A stretch of DNA of 64,000 bases. Origin: Octopus bimaculoides. Lineage: Eukaryota. A program made the position numbers and the translations under genes. The notes beneath the pieces were generated by a model. The model did not search any database. It worked only from the letters and a program-made list of their open reading frames with translations, and had not been told where the DNA came from. Below, in pieces: positions 51,001 through 60,101 of the stretch (position 1 is the first letter of the stretch; each line of letters opens with the position of its first letter). Location: assembly GCF_001194135.2 (NCBI RefSeq), contig NC_068989.1, positions 22,364,072 through 22,428,071 of the forward strand, in the 5' to 3' direction.

Positions 51001-54000
51001 NNNNNNNNNNNNNNNNNNNNNNNNNNNNNNNNNNNNNNNNNNNNNNNNNNNNNNNNNNNNNNNNNNNNNNNNNNNNNNCACATGAGATGCACCATTTTGA
51101 GCGTGGCCGTTGCCAGTACCGCCTGATTGGCTCCCGTAGGATTTTCGAGTGAGATCGTTGCCAGTGCCCCTGGACTGGCTTGTGCGGGTGGCACATAAAA
51201 GACACCATTTCGAGCGTGGTCGTTTTCGTGCGGGTGACACGTAAAAGCACCCACTACACTCTCTGAGTGGTTGGCGTTAGGAAGGGCATCCAGCTGTAGA
51301 AACTCTGGCAAATTAGTTTGGAGCCTGGTGTTGCCATCCGGTTTCACCAGTCCTCAGTCAAATCGTCCAACCCATGCTAGCATGGAAAGCGGACGTTAAA
51401 CGATGATGATGATGATGATGATGATATATATATATATATGCACACACACATATATAAAGCCATACACACATATACATATGCATTAAATATACACACACAT
51501 ATTATACACATACATGCACATATATATACACATTAAAATTTTATGCATATGTATATATGCATACATATATGTGCGAATATGTATGTATATATTGGTATGT
51601 ACCTTTAGGTATATTTATGTGTGTACACGTATGCACATATATATTTACGTGTGACACCATCTTCATTTAAATGTCCACTTTTCCAACCTTGCATGGACAT
51701 GGATCGCAGGGTTAGATGAAATTTGTTGAGGTAAATTTTTCTACAGTCGGCTGCTCTTCCAGTTGCCAACCTTCACTTGTTTCCAGAGCAAGATTATATT
51801 TCCCTTGGTTCTTGAAACGAAAACATTACAATATTTCATGGAAGACTGCAGGCAAACAACACCATTTTATGTCAGTGACATTTATGTACACTTAGTACAA
51901 AATGTCGAAACAAGACAAGACATGAAGCACATTGCCAACTTGGGCAAGTGTCTTCTACTACAGCCCTAGATTGACCAAAATCTTGTGAGTGGATTTGGTA
52001 GACTGAAACTGAAAGAAGCCTATTGTGTATGTGTGTGTGTGATTGCATCCCTCCTCCATATCATTTGACAACCAGTGATAGTTTGTTTACATCCCTATCA
52101 CTTAGTAGTTCAGCAAAAGAGAATAAGTACCAGTTCCAGACTTTAGTAAATAAGTACTAAGGTTCATTTGTTTGACTAAAACCCTTCAAAGTAGTGCCTC
52201 AGCATGGCCACAGTCTGGTGATTAAAGCAAGTAAAGGAAGTTTTATATATATATATATACTAGCTTAAAAGCTGTCCAATAGGGCGGCTTTTAGGCTAGC
52301 TCCTGTGGAGGGCTCTTCATTGGGCCTTGAAGTCAATAATAACACTTCATGCATCGAGTACATATTAAATCTTATTAAACTTGACCAATATTCTTCAAGC
52401 AATGAACAATTTTCATCAAAACAATGATATAATTTGTCGACTTGGAACTTATTGCAAAGCTGTATGATAATCAACATTTTTTGTCTTCCCATTCGGGGGT
52501 CAGTACAATTTTTTTTTATCTAATCTCTTTCTTTCTCTCTCTCTTTCTGTTGATTGTTTCCAACCATCACCATCACCAGTACCACCATCGCCACCACAAC
52601 TGCCATGCACACACCATTCAAACTTCTGACGTCACCACCATCAACACCTTTGACGTTGCTGCCTTCCCCTCCACCACCATCACCACTGTCTTTCACATCT
52701 CTTACTATCACCATCATGCTTGACCACCTCAGCTACCATCACCACCACCACCGCCTCTACCACAACTACAGCTCGTACTATTAACATCTTTACTGTTAAT
52801 CTACTACCACCCTCACCGTCTCTATGCCTACTATTACACTCAGCCCAGCAAGAGGAGTAGAAGTGTCACTGAATAGCAAGGGAGGAGGTCAATGTGTGAC
52901 ACACTGACACACAGAAATTTGTTTTGGCATTTATTATTATAGATCATCATCATCATCATCATCGTTTAACGTCCGCTTTCCATGCTAGCATGGGTTGGAC
53001 GATTTGACTGAGGACTGGTGAAACCGGATGGCAACACCAGGCTCCAGTCTGATTTGGCAGAGTTTCTACAGCTGGATGCCCTTCCTAACGCCAATATATC
53101 CTTTGTGTTTGCTTACGGGAAATGTTTTAAACATGCATATAAAAGCTCCTATTCCATTATGCCAGCTACAGCCTACTGACGCCAACTGGCAATGCCAGTT
53201 TTTTTTGGTGGCGGGAGGGTTGTACCGAGCTGTGCCGATATAATGTAGGATAAATACAGTAATAATAATAATAATCCTTGGATGGAATTTATAAATATTT
53301 TAATGCATTGCTACATGCATGAACATGATCTTACCCGATGTTCTTGGATACTATGGACTGCACTGTAATCATCCCAGGAATAGAGACTATGATTTTAAGA
53401 AACGTGATTTGTGTAAACACACATAGTGAGGCATTAAAATATTTATAAATTCCATCCAAGCGTTATTATTATTATTAATATATATATATATATATGATGT
53501 GAAGGCGCATGGCTCAGTAGTCAGAGCACCGAACTTACGACCGTCAGGTTGTGAGTTCGAATCCTGGACCGGGCTGCGTGTTGTGTTCTTGAGCAAGACA
53601 CTTTATTTCACGTTGCTCCAGTTCACTCAGCTGTAGAAATGAGTTGCGACGTCACTGGTGCCAAGCTGTATCGGGGTTTGCCTTTCTCTTGGATAAGATC
53701 AATGGCGTGGAGAAGGGAGGGTGGTATGTATGGGCGACTGCTGGTCTTCCATAAACAACCTTGCCTGGACTTGTACCTCGGAGGGTAACTTTCTAGGTGC
53801 AATCCCATGGTCAGTCATGACCGAAGGGGGTCTCCAATATATATGATGGATTCTCCTGTTGTGAACAACAAATGAGGGTTCAGTAAAATAAAGCATTAAT
53901 CATGTGCTCTGGACACAAATGTGTTTTGTGGGGCCTGCTGGTGCCTTGCAAATCTTTTGGCAAATGGAACAAATTGAGGACTCAGTTTGCTTGAGTGCCT

Positions 54001-57000
54001 GTGGATCATTTACTATGTATCTTCTTGAGTTGACAGCTAGGCCTGCTTTACTTTGTATGCATGTATGTATACATACACTTATATTATGGGAGAGAGAGAG
54101 GGGTGTGCAGAGCAATAAGATTGGTGAGCTCTAATGCTACTCCTTTGTTACATTGACTGTATGGTACAGTGAGAAGGAGAGTGGGTGAATGTTAGAAATA
54201 TGAAGACACAGGCATTTAAGAGTGTCTATTTTAGGTATACTCCCTGTGCTTCCTTCACTTGAAGTCTATCTTTTCCATTTGCCTGCCTGTGATCCTACCA
54301 CACCTATCGTGCATCCATAGTTTATCATGGGTACACTATATGAAACTTCTTTTCTGCACAATGGCTATTTCCCTAACGGTAGTTATACCCTGTCTTCTAT
54401 CCTACAAATACTTTAGTCTTTGACAAGCTTACTTTGAGAAGTGTTGATTCAGAGTATTCGCTTTCATGTCCAGAATTCCTTTGTTAGGTCTTTGATTGAT
54501 TCAACTATAAGAACTAAGTCATCAGCATATAAGAGTTCTTAATGAACAATCAAACTTAAACTCATCTGTTATGGCTTGGAGGATTATATTGAACTGATTA
54601 AGTACCACACTAATTACAAAATAGATGACCAATTTCATTACCAACTAATTGCAAGTGTAATTACCCAACAAAATACTGGACTAACAACCATACCAGGTAG
54701 ATTACCAGAAAAATTATCAGGTAGATTACTGACCTAATTACTTGATAGGTTACCAGATAAATTACTAAACAAATTACCAAAGTAATTACTAAACTAATTG
54801 CCACACAAAATACTAGATTAGGTGCATGCAATGTTCAGATACATCGCTTTATGATCTGACTTCAAATCTCACCTGAAATAATTTTGCTTTTCATCCTTCC
54901 AGAATCACTACAGTAATTACCAGTCCTGTACTAATGTAGCTTTGTGCTAATGACAGAAACTATTATTGATATCTTAATTAGATGTGATGTGGAGAAGAAG
55001 TTACTGCTAACAGGAGAAACAGAAAACTGTGTCAAGCATTTATTAAGATGATACTATAAGATGATACCATAATTGAAATCATTCCAAATGGGAACTGAAA
55101 CCAGACCATGGATTCTAATAATTAAAAATATACAGCTGTGTTAGCTTTAAAGTTGTATGCACTAACCAACAACAATGAAAACAATGTAAACAATAACATT
55201 AAATAATAATGAGAATTCAATCTGAATACTAAACAAATCAGTTTTTACTGTAAACCTAAACTGGCTGCATTACTCCTCGTTACTGGAAACCTTCTTCCAC
55301 AGCATGAGAAATGTTTCTATATTGTGAGAGGCAAGATTCTCTGTTAATCCATTATGCACGCCATAAGCTTAAGAGTTTCTTCGTAACTATGACAATAAAC
55401 TTACTACTGCATCAATCACACAACATGTGTGTCTGTGATCAACCAAAACAACAGTGTTGATTCGTTGCAGTTGCCAATATGTAAATTTTATTTACTATAG
55501 AGAGAACTCAATTAAGAGTGTAGAGATTCTGCTTTCACCCTGGGAATTTCTTTTAACTTCTACTACAGATTCCACAAGAATGACGTTGTCAGTATATAGT
55601 ATTTCTTAAGTGCAACTGGTCTTAAATTCTTCTGTTATGACCTAGAGAATTATGATGAACAGGAAGGGATTGAGGACTGGGCCCTGGTGAACTCCTATAT
55701 CTGTATACTAAATTCATTGCTGTACTGCTTACTAACCTTACTGCCAGCACCCCTGTATATAGCTTGAATAACTATCACTGGTCATTCTGACCCCTATCAC
55801 CAGATCACCGAGCATGAGACCCTATCAAAGGCTTTCACCAGGTCAATGAATGCCATATAAAATGGCTTACTTTTAGCTAAATATTTCTTCTGCAGTTTTC
55901 TAATTAGAAAGAGGATATTAATAGAACTGCTTCCAGGAACAAAACCAAATGGCATCTCATCTAGTCTAAATTTCTTCCTAATTAATTGGGTTACAACTCT
56001 TTCTGTAATTTTCATAACCTGGTCCAGCAATTTTGACATCTTAGTAATTATCTCTACCTAAGGCATCTTCTTCACCCTTCTTGTAACGTTTGGCCATAAT
56101 GCTGCTACACCAGCCATTGGGTGTACAGTTGTATACTTTCCTGCATAATCTGATTAACTATACAGGTGACTAGGCTGCATCCAAATCCAACAGATATTTT
56201 TAGCATGTCTGCCATAATTCTCGATGAACCAGGCTTTCCTTGCCTTCATATCCTTAACCCTTTTGTTACTAACCCGGCCGTAGCCGGCCGAGCGTACCCA
56301 TTGTTATTTAAATGTATATTTGAACCCAAATCTCGTTAGTACATTCGTTAAAACACCTGATTTCACTTTGCAAACAGTTGAGTTATTGTCTCCGACATTG
56401 TTTGGCATGATATTTGAACTCAGTGAATTTTTGAAGATTTTTTTCCACATTTTTTGCGGCGTTGATTTTTTTCAACTTTGAAGATGGAGAGGAGTTTCAT
56501 GCTATCAAGCAGTGATTCCGAATTTGAAGGCTTTTCAACAGAAGATATGGAGATATCGAAGAAAAGAATGAATGAGCTACAAAAGCACGTGGTGAACGAT
56601 AATGAATCGGATATTTCNNNNNNNNNNNNNNNNNNNNNNNNNNNNNNNNNNNNNNNNNNNNNNNNNNNNNNNNNNNNNNNNNNNNNNNNNNNNNNNNNNN
56701 NNNNNNNNNNNNNNNNNNNNNNNNNNNNNNNNNNNNNNNNNNNNNNNNNNNNNNNNNNNNNNNNNNNNNNNNNNNNNNNNNNNNNNNNNNNNNNNNNNNN
56801 NNNNNNNNNNNNNNNNNNNNNNNNNNNNNNNNNNNNNNNNNNNNNNNNNNNNNNNNNNNNNNNNNNNNNNNNNNNNNNNNNNNNNNNNNNNNNNNNNNNN
56901 NNNNNNNNNNNNNNNNNNNNNNNNNNNNNNNNNNNNNNNNNNNNNNNNNNNNNNNNNNNNNNNNNNNNNNNNNNNNNNNNNNNNNNNNNNNNNNNNNNNN

Positions 57001-57787
57001 NNNNNNNNNNNNNNNNNNNNNNNNNNNNNNNNNNNNNNNNNNNNNNNNNNNNNNNNNNNNNTATGGGTATTAGACAGTTACCCAGAATAACAAATTACTG
57101 GAGCAATCAGGAACCTTTTGGCGATGAATATATTTCCAGTATTATGAACGAGTACGATTCGTGAAGCTGAACCAATATTTACATGTGAGAGACACTTGCA
57201 GTACCCCCCACCCCAGTACGTGGAGAACTTTGAGACAAAAATTATGCAATAGAATTGATTAAGAACCCTTTCTTTAATTATGTTCCAAATATCACATTAA
57301 TATGTTGATAAATAAAAAAGTTACAGGTGTTTAATGAGACTAGTCTAAATTCATGATTATTTCAGAATTTAATTGAAACTCATGAGGGGTGTATTTTGGT
57401 CAGAAATATAGTAACGAAAGGGTTAATTGTCAACTAGGATAGCTAGTTTCCCTGTTGGGTACACACACATGCACATATATGCACACTTATAGAGCTGTTA
57501 TATTGAGACAACAGTACTGTCCAAAGGTTTGTGCTTGTTATGCAATCTGATGATTTGATAATGTGATATGTTTATAAAGTATTTCTTTACAAAATAAATA
57601 TTATTGTTAATGAAATACATGTAAGAATAAATTGAATGGATTTATCTCCACGCTAGTTTCCATTTGTATTCTATGTTATATGTTTATGTGTGTATGTGTT
57701 TGTCTTCTACTGTAACACCAGTCTGAACAAAGTTTTGTGAGTCGGTTTGGCAGGCAGAAATTGAAAGAAGCCCATTGTATATGTATG

Positions 57788-57825
<38 letters not shown>

Positions 57826-59082
57826 GGGGATGAGTATTAACATCTTTGAATATCGTGAGTTGTAAACAGTGACACTGTTGTCAATTCCTTTTCCAACAAA
57901 TTTTCATCCAGCTTTGCAAATATGCATGTGTCAAATAAGAGATCCCTAATGGTTAGCAACAGGTAGGACATTTGGCTGTAAATCAGAGCCTCAACAAAAC
58001 ATTTGTCTAACCCATGCTAGTATGGGAAAATGAACATATAAACCAAATGTAAACACAAATACACACACACGTATATATATATATATATATATATATATTT
58101 CGCTTTACAGCTAGATAAAATGGAATCCATATATACATATATACGTCCCGAAAGGGACAATGTTACCATTGTTTTAGCCCCTAGGAACAATGTTTCTAGC
58201 TGGCTATGAGACACACTATCTGTGTCCTTACATTTTCGAACAGGGAGTTCAGCACTCCCATCTAGCACAGCCAAAGCAGCTACTCTGTGTTGATAAAGAG
58301 TAATAAACTAGTCCACAGATGTTGTTTTGCGCTAGATGGGAGTGCTGAGTTCCCTGTTCGAAAATATAAGGACACAGATAGTGTGTTGTACAGCCAGCTA
58401 GAAACGATATTTCTTGGGGCTAAAACAATAGTAACATCGTCCCTTTCGGGACAGCCACATTATGTTGGCAAATAGCATGTACTTTAAAGAACTGTTACTG
58501 AATGTCTGTCTTTGAGAGATTTAGAAATAATCATATATACATCAATACATACATTAAATTACATGCAAAATTTCAGAGTGAAGCAATAAAGAGTAAATAG
58601 TTATTTCTAAAACAATGCAACTTTTAAGGAGGCCTCTGTGATCAATCAATCTGCTAAAAATAGCAACTGAATATCCCTCAAATGACATTCCACCATCTTA
58701 AATAGGGAAAGGGCATATTGAGTTGATGTAAACTTAGATATCCCTAATATGTCACTGGAATGGCTTTGGCCATAAGCCAGCTCAATCAAAGCCAACTTGA
58801 GGCTATTCAACAACAAGAAAGGAATATGATAACTTCTTTCACAACAATCAAATAACATGTAATTAATTCTGAAAAGAATAGCAATGACAGAAAAGAATGG
58901 TGCATGATTGATTGAGATGAATTAAGAGTATTTGTATTTCAAGGTTTGGTTTGTTTATTTTTCTTTGCTTTTACAAATAAAAAACAAACTGCGATAAAGA
59001 AAAATGTACTCACGTGATTTTTTTAAACTTGTCAATCATGGACTGTTTTAGTGTCTCATCTTTTTTTTTATATCTATCCCAT
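8423..59082 (-). CDS. PDE9A: PDE9-like cGMP phosphodiesterase (class I PDE catalytic domain), multi-exon, 5'-incomplete; joined span
   Basis: Manual splicing of 9 GT-AG exons with matching phases gives ...KFKKIT|[47 protein letters not shown]|[32 protein letters not shown]|[41 protein letters not shown]|[29 protein letters not shown]...RQGIIR|[10 protein letters not shown]...|[35 protein letters not shown]|[36 protein letters not shown]...|NLLAPAES...TQS*. This is colinear with the PDE9A catalytic domain as I recall it. The symbol denotes the family; orthology is not tested. Confidence 0.93.
9168..9314 (-). CDS. PDE9A: PDE9-like exon with invariant purine-scanning Gln
   Basis: tttatttgacag|AGT...ATG|gtatgt; 147 nt; [49 protein letters not shown]; overlaps track ORF 9093..9284. 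Confidence 0.95.
10080..10520 (+). pseudogene. Decayed non-LTR (RTE-like) ORF2 C-terminal fragment
   Basis: Broken frames read [46 protein letters not shown]. Confidence 0.55.
11125..11310 (+). repeat. Degenerate ~24-bp minisatellite (GAGCTAA(T/C)AAG unit)
   Basis: GAGCTAATAAGG, GAGCTAACAAGG, GGGCTAATGAGG, AACTAATGAG... recur. Confidence 0.6.
11544..11648 (-). CDS. PDE9A: PDE9-like exon (ADISNE)
   Basis: tattttttag|TTG...CAG|gtctgt; 105 nt; [35 protein letters not shown]. Confidence 0.95.
12736..12785 (-). ncRNA. Hammerhead ribozyme core, second copy (core intact, stem I disrupted)
   Basis: Minus strand: AGAUAC CUGAUGA(12779-12773) A GGCUG-loop-CAGCC GAAA(12751-12748) C AC GUU AACAAC. Confidence 0.6.
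12966..13011 (+). ncRNA. Minimal type I hammerhead ribozyme relic (G12->A)
   Basis: GACAC CUGAUGA A GGCUGA-loop-UCAGCC AAAA C GUU GUGUU. Stem I GACAC/GUGUU and stem II pair; palindromic ACGU stem III; core GAAA is mutated to AAAA. Confidence 0.65.
13100..14410. repeat. Long inverted repeat (~250-bp arms at ~13100-13345 and ~14170-14410)
   Basis: e.g. CAGTCATGTTTGCCTTGGATGAACAGAGACAATGTAGAGTAGAGAATAG occurs at ~13233 and as the reverse complement at ~14237-14285. Confidence 0.9.
13539..13926 (-). mobile_element. tRNA-derived SINE family A, (CAA)n tail, 13-bp TSD
   Basis: Head TGGCCCAGTGGTTAGGGCAGCGGACTC...GTTTCGATTCCC; TSD CACCAACCAATCT at 13526-13538 and 13927-13939. Confidence 0.9.
15038..15140 (-). 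CDS. PDE9A: PDE9-like exon (TDMAKH)
   Basis: ttctttttag|G TGT...CAG|gtaagt; 103 nt; phase 2 joins the previous exon (AG|G = Arg); [17 protein letters not shown]. Confidence 0.93.
15550..16845 (-). mobile_element. Head-to-tail cluster of ~6 SINE family D copies separated by (AAT)n
   Basis: Repeated GACCC..AAGGATGAAAGGCAAAGTCxACC...GAATTTGAACTCAGAA...CTAAGCATTTT...GCTAACGATT unit. Other copies at ~33185-33430, 35800-35970, 46975-47130(+), 48570-48810, 49020-49180. Confidence 0.85.
17315..17550 (+). repeat. Purine-rich (GAG/GAA/GAT) cryptic trinucleotide repeat
   Basis: Directly visible; source of several poly-E/P/S ORFs. Confidence 0.95.
18296..18682 (-). mobile_element. tRNA-derived SINE family A, second copy
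   Basis: Highly similar to 13539-13926 over its full length; TSD ACTC(C/T)TAAATAT at 18284-18295 and 18683-18694. Confidence 0.9.
20261..20415 (-). CDS. PDE9A: PDE9-like exon (YND-SPLENHH)
   Basis: ccacttcag|GTG...ATT AG|gtaaga; 155 nt; [51 protein letters not shown]. Confidence 0.95.
21587..21804 (+). repeat. (GA)n microsatellite spanning assembly gap 21635-21757
   Basis: Directly visible; lies ~50 bp from the donor of the HD exon. Confidence 0.95.
21857..21979 (-). CDS. PDE9A: PDE9-like exon with HD signature
   Basis: ttctttttcag|ATG...CAT|gtaagt; 123 nt; contains [12 protein letters not shown], which fits the class I PDEase signature H-D-L-x-H-x-G-x-x-N-x-Y. Confidence 0.95.
23372..23465 (+). 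repeat. Compound (GAT)n(GGT)n microsatellite
   Basis: Directly visible. Confidence 0.95.
24570..25419 (-). mobile_element. Tc1/mariner DNA transposon, internally deleted, with TIRs and TA TSD
   Basis: TIRs CGAGATGTAGTCAAAAAGTATCTGACCTT and (rc) TGAGGTGTAGTCAAAAAGTGTCTGACCTT, flanked by TA at 24568-69 and 25420-21. HTH: [31 protein letters not shown]. Catalytic remnants: LHHDNAFAH and [16 protein letters not shown]. Confidence 0.93.
25800..26460. repeat. Old degenerate higher-order tandem repeat
   Basis: Unit ACAAATAG(A)ATG...ATACATTATC...AATTA(T/G)GGT(T)AA..AAGGTAG.GAATTA recurs at ~25810, 26025, 26135, 26270. Confidence 0.6.
27462..27800 (+). mobile_element. tRNA-derived SINE family B
   Basis: A/B boxes (TGGCTCAATGG, GTTTGATTCC), GTTGTGTTCTTGAGCAAGACACTT core; near-identical to 53501-53835. 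Confidence 0.85.
30138..30233 (-). CDS. PDE9A: PDE9-like exon with PFHNFKH metal/catalytic His motif
   Basis: cttacttccag|CTG...ATG|gtaagt; 96 nt; [32 protein letters not shown]. Confidence 0.95.
32480..32740 (+). repeat. Degenerate minisatellite (TATGTCACTAG.TGG unit)
   Basis: (A/G)TATGTCACTAG(C/T)TGG recurs about 5 times at ~35-45-bp spacing. Confidence 0.7.
32916..33057 (-). CDS. PDE9A: PDE9-like exon, start of catalytic domain
   Basis: tctatttcag|A CAA...ATC ACG|gtaaat; 142 nt; [29 protein letters not shown]. Confidence 0.93.
36868..37088 (-). mobile_element. RTE-3'-tail element
   Basis: Same 3' motif. Older, decayed copies at ~840-1050, 5395-5600, 10700-10920, 21190-21330, 24130-24260, 38070-38290(+), 51660-51800. 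Confidence 0.8.
37177..37637 (+). mobile_element. SINE family C with expanded (TA)n(TG)n core
   Basis: Reverse complement of 4284-4684, with the microsatellite at the same internal position (~37340-37420). Confidence 0.8.
38985..39870 (+). repeat. ~900-bp GGT/GAT/AGT cryptic trinucleotide low-complexity tract
   Basis: Directly visible; yields open frames on both strands with no sequence information. Confidence 0.9.
41050..41650. repeat. Direct repeat of ~240 bp (period ~370)
   Basis: GCCATTAACACTTTAAATGTA...CGTTCCTCGTACCAT at ~41070-41270 and ~41430-41615, with scattered differences. Confidence 0.85.
42500..45630 (+). mobile_element. RTE-clade LINE, near full-length but decayed (APE + RT, frameshifts, stops, internal deletions)
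   Basis: APE motifs ([29 protein letters not shown]). RT motifs ([43 protein letters not shown]). C-terminal [10 protein letters not shown]; (GAT)n 3' tail at ~45615-45630. Confidence 0.93.
46362..46925. repeat. Composite foldback: one forward arm and two inverted copies, plus internal direct repeat
   Basis: Arm ~46370-46495 versus inverted copies ~46597-46670 and ~46808-46925; direct repeat TTTCATTGCT(T/A)CTTGCAACC at ~46522 and ~46736. Confidence 0.8.
50636..51078. other. Assembly gap (others: 21635-21757, 41650-41790, 56618-57061, 59083-59416, 59757-59766, 62651-63238)
   Basis: Runs of N, mostly bordered by microsatellites or young repeats. Confidence 1.
51079..51423 (+). mobile_element. 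Young RTE-3'-tail element, (GAT)n tail
   Basis: Ends CCATGCTAGCATGGAAAGCGGACGTTAAACGATGATG, matching the 3' end of the RTE at 45560-45630. Confidence 0.85.
52943..53094 (-). mobile_element. Young RTE-3'-tail element (5'-truncated)
   Basis: Near-exact reverse complement of 51272-51423. Confidence 0.85.
53277..53460. mobile_element. MITE-like element with perfect 30-bp TIRs
   Basis: CTTGGATGGAATTTATAAATATTTTAATGC (53277-53306) and its exact reverse complement (53431-53460), flanked by (AAT)n/(ATT)n. Confidence 0.8.
53501..53835 (+). mobile_element. tRNA-derived SINE family B, second copy
   Basis: GGCGCATGGCTCAGTAG...GTTCGAATCC head; same body as 27462-27800. Confidence 0.85.
54250..54545 (-). 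pseudogene. Decayed RTE RT fragment
   Basis: Minus strand reads [14 protein letters not shown]... Confidence 0.75.
55490..57460 (-). pseudogene. Decayed RTE RT fragment interrupted by piggyBac
   Basis: [29 protein letters not shown] (55797..56039) and LYTDNVIL (~55590). The RTE sequence resumes after 57426. Confidence 0.85.
56258..57422 (+). mobile_element. piggyBac (PGBD-like) transposon, internally deleted, partly in gap
   Basis: TTAA|CCCTTTTGTTACT ... AGTAACGAAAGGG|TTAA. Transposase pieces: acidic N-terminus [31 protein letters not shown], and [10 protein letters not shown]. Confidence 0.9.
58145..58452. repeat. Foldback/MITE-like hairpin (122-bp arms, ~64-bp spacer)
   Basis: Arms 58145-58266 and 58331-58452 (GTCCCGAAAGGG...CCCTTTCGGGAC). 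Track ORFs 58017(-) and 58287(+) encode near-identical peptides because of the symmetry. Confidence 0.9.
59014..59082 (-). CDS. PDE9A: PDE9-like exon (partial; 5' part lies in N gap 59083-59416)
   Basis: Reads [24 protein letters not shown]|gtgagt. The canonical donor at 59013 is phase 2 and joins the phase-2 acceptor at 33057 (AC|A = Thr). It occupies the position of the basic helix just upstream of the PDE9 catalytic domain. Confidence 0.7.
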
Positions 59083-59477
59083 NNNNNNNNNNNNNNNNNN
59101 NNNNNNNNNNNNNNNNNNNNNNNNNNNNNNNNNNNNNNNNNNNNNNNNNNNNNNNNNNNNNNNNNNNNNNNNNNNNNNNNNNNNNNNNNNNNNNNNNNNN
59201 NNNNNNNNNNNNNNNNNNNNNNNNNNNNNNNNNNNNNNNNNNNNNNNNNNNNNNNNNNNNNNNNNNNNNNNNNNNNNNNNNNNNNNNNNNNNNNNNNNNN
59301 NNNNNNNNNNNNNNNNNNNNNNNNNNNNNNNNNNNNNNNNNNNNNNNNNNNNNNNNNNNNNNNNNNNNNNNNNNNNNNNNNNNNNNNNNNNNNNNNNNNN
59401 NNNNNNNNNNNNNNNNATATATATATACATATACATATATGTATATATATATATATAAGGGAAATTATAGAAGGAAT

Positions 59478-59508
<31 letters not shown>

Positions 59509-59644
59509 GTATATATATATATATATAAGGGAAATTATAGAAGGAATTATATATATATATATATATATATCCTCAGGGTGGAATTTTGAACTCAGAATCT
59601 AAGATGCTCACTAACAACAAGATCTGATGCACTTGTCCACTATT

Positions 59645-60101
59645 CTTTATTCTTTCTATTCTTTTACTTGTTTCAGTCATTTGACTGCAGCCATGCTGGA
59701 GCACTGCCTTTAGTCGAGCAAATGAACCCCAGGACTTTGTAAGCTTAGTACTTATTNNNNNNNNNNCAAATGAACCCCAGGACTTTGTAAGCTTAGTACT
59801 TATTCTATCAGTCTCTTTTGCCAAACCGCTAAGTTACAGGGACGTAAACACACCAGCATCAGTTGTCAAGCAATACTGGAGGGACAAGCACAGACACACA
59901 AACATATACACACACATATATATATATATACATATATACGATAGGCTTCTTTCAGTTTCCATCTACCAAATCCACTCACAAGGCTTTGGTCGGCCCGAAA
60001 CTATAGTAGAAGACACTTGCCCAAGGTGCCACACAGTGGGACTGAACCTGGAGCCATGTGGTTGTTAAGCAAGCTACTTACCACACAGCCACTCCTGCAC
60101 C
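59645..60101 (-). mobile_element. SINE family C, well-conserved copy (contains 10-N gap)
   Basis: Colinear with 4284-4684. Confidence 0.85.

Noticed and set aside
50409-51347. 200+ aa ORFs here and at 56478-57164, 59010-59589, 62595-63297
   Set aside because: Their length is due to N runs; only the piggyBac pieces and 59014-59082 have real coding signal.
56478-57200. Domesticated PGBD host gene
   Set aside because: Intact TIRs with TTAA TSD, a premature stop and an internal deletion indicate a transposon relic.
58646-58858. 70-aa ORF near the upstream PDE exon
   Set aside because: No recognisable homology or splice sites; lies just inside the intron.
59718-59805. 38-bp direct repeat around a 10-N gap
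   Set aside because: Typical contig-overlap artefact inside a SINE.
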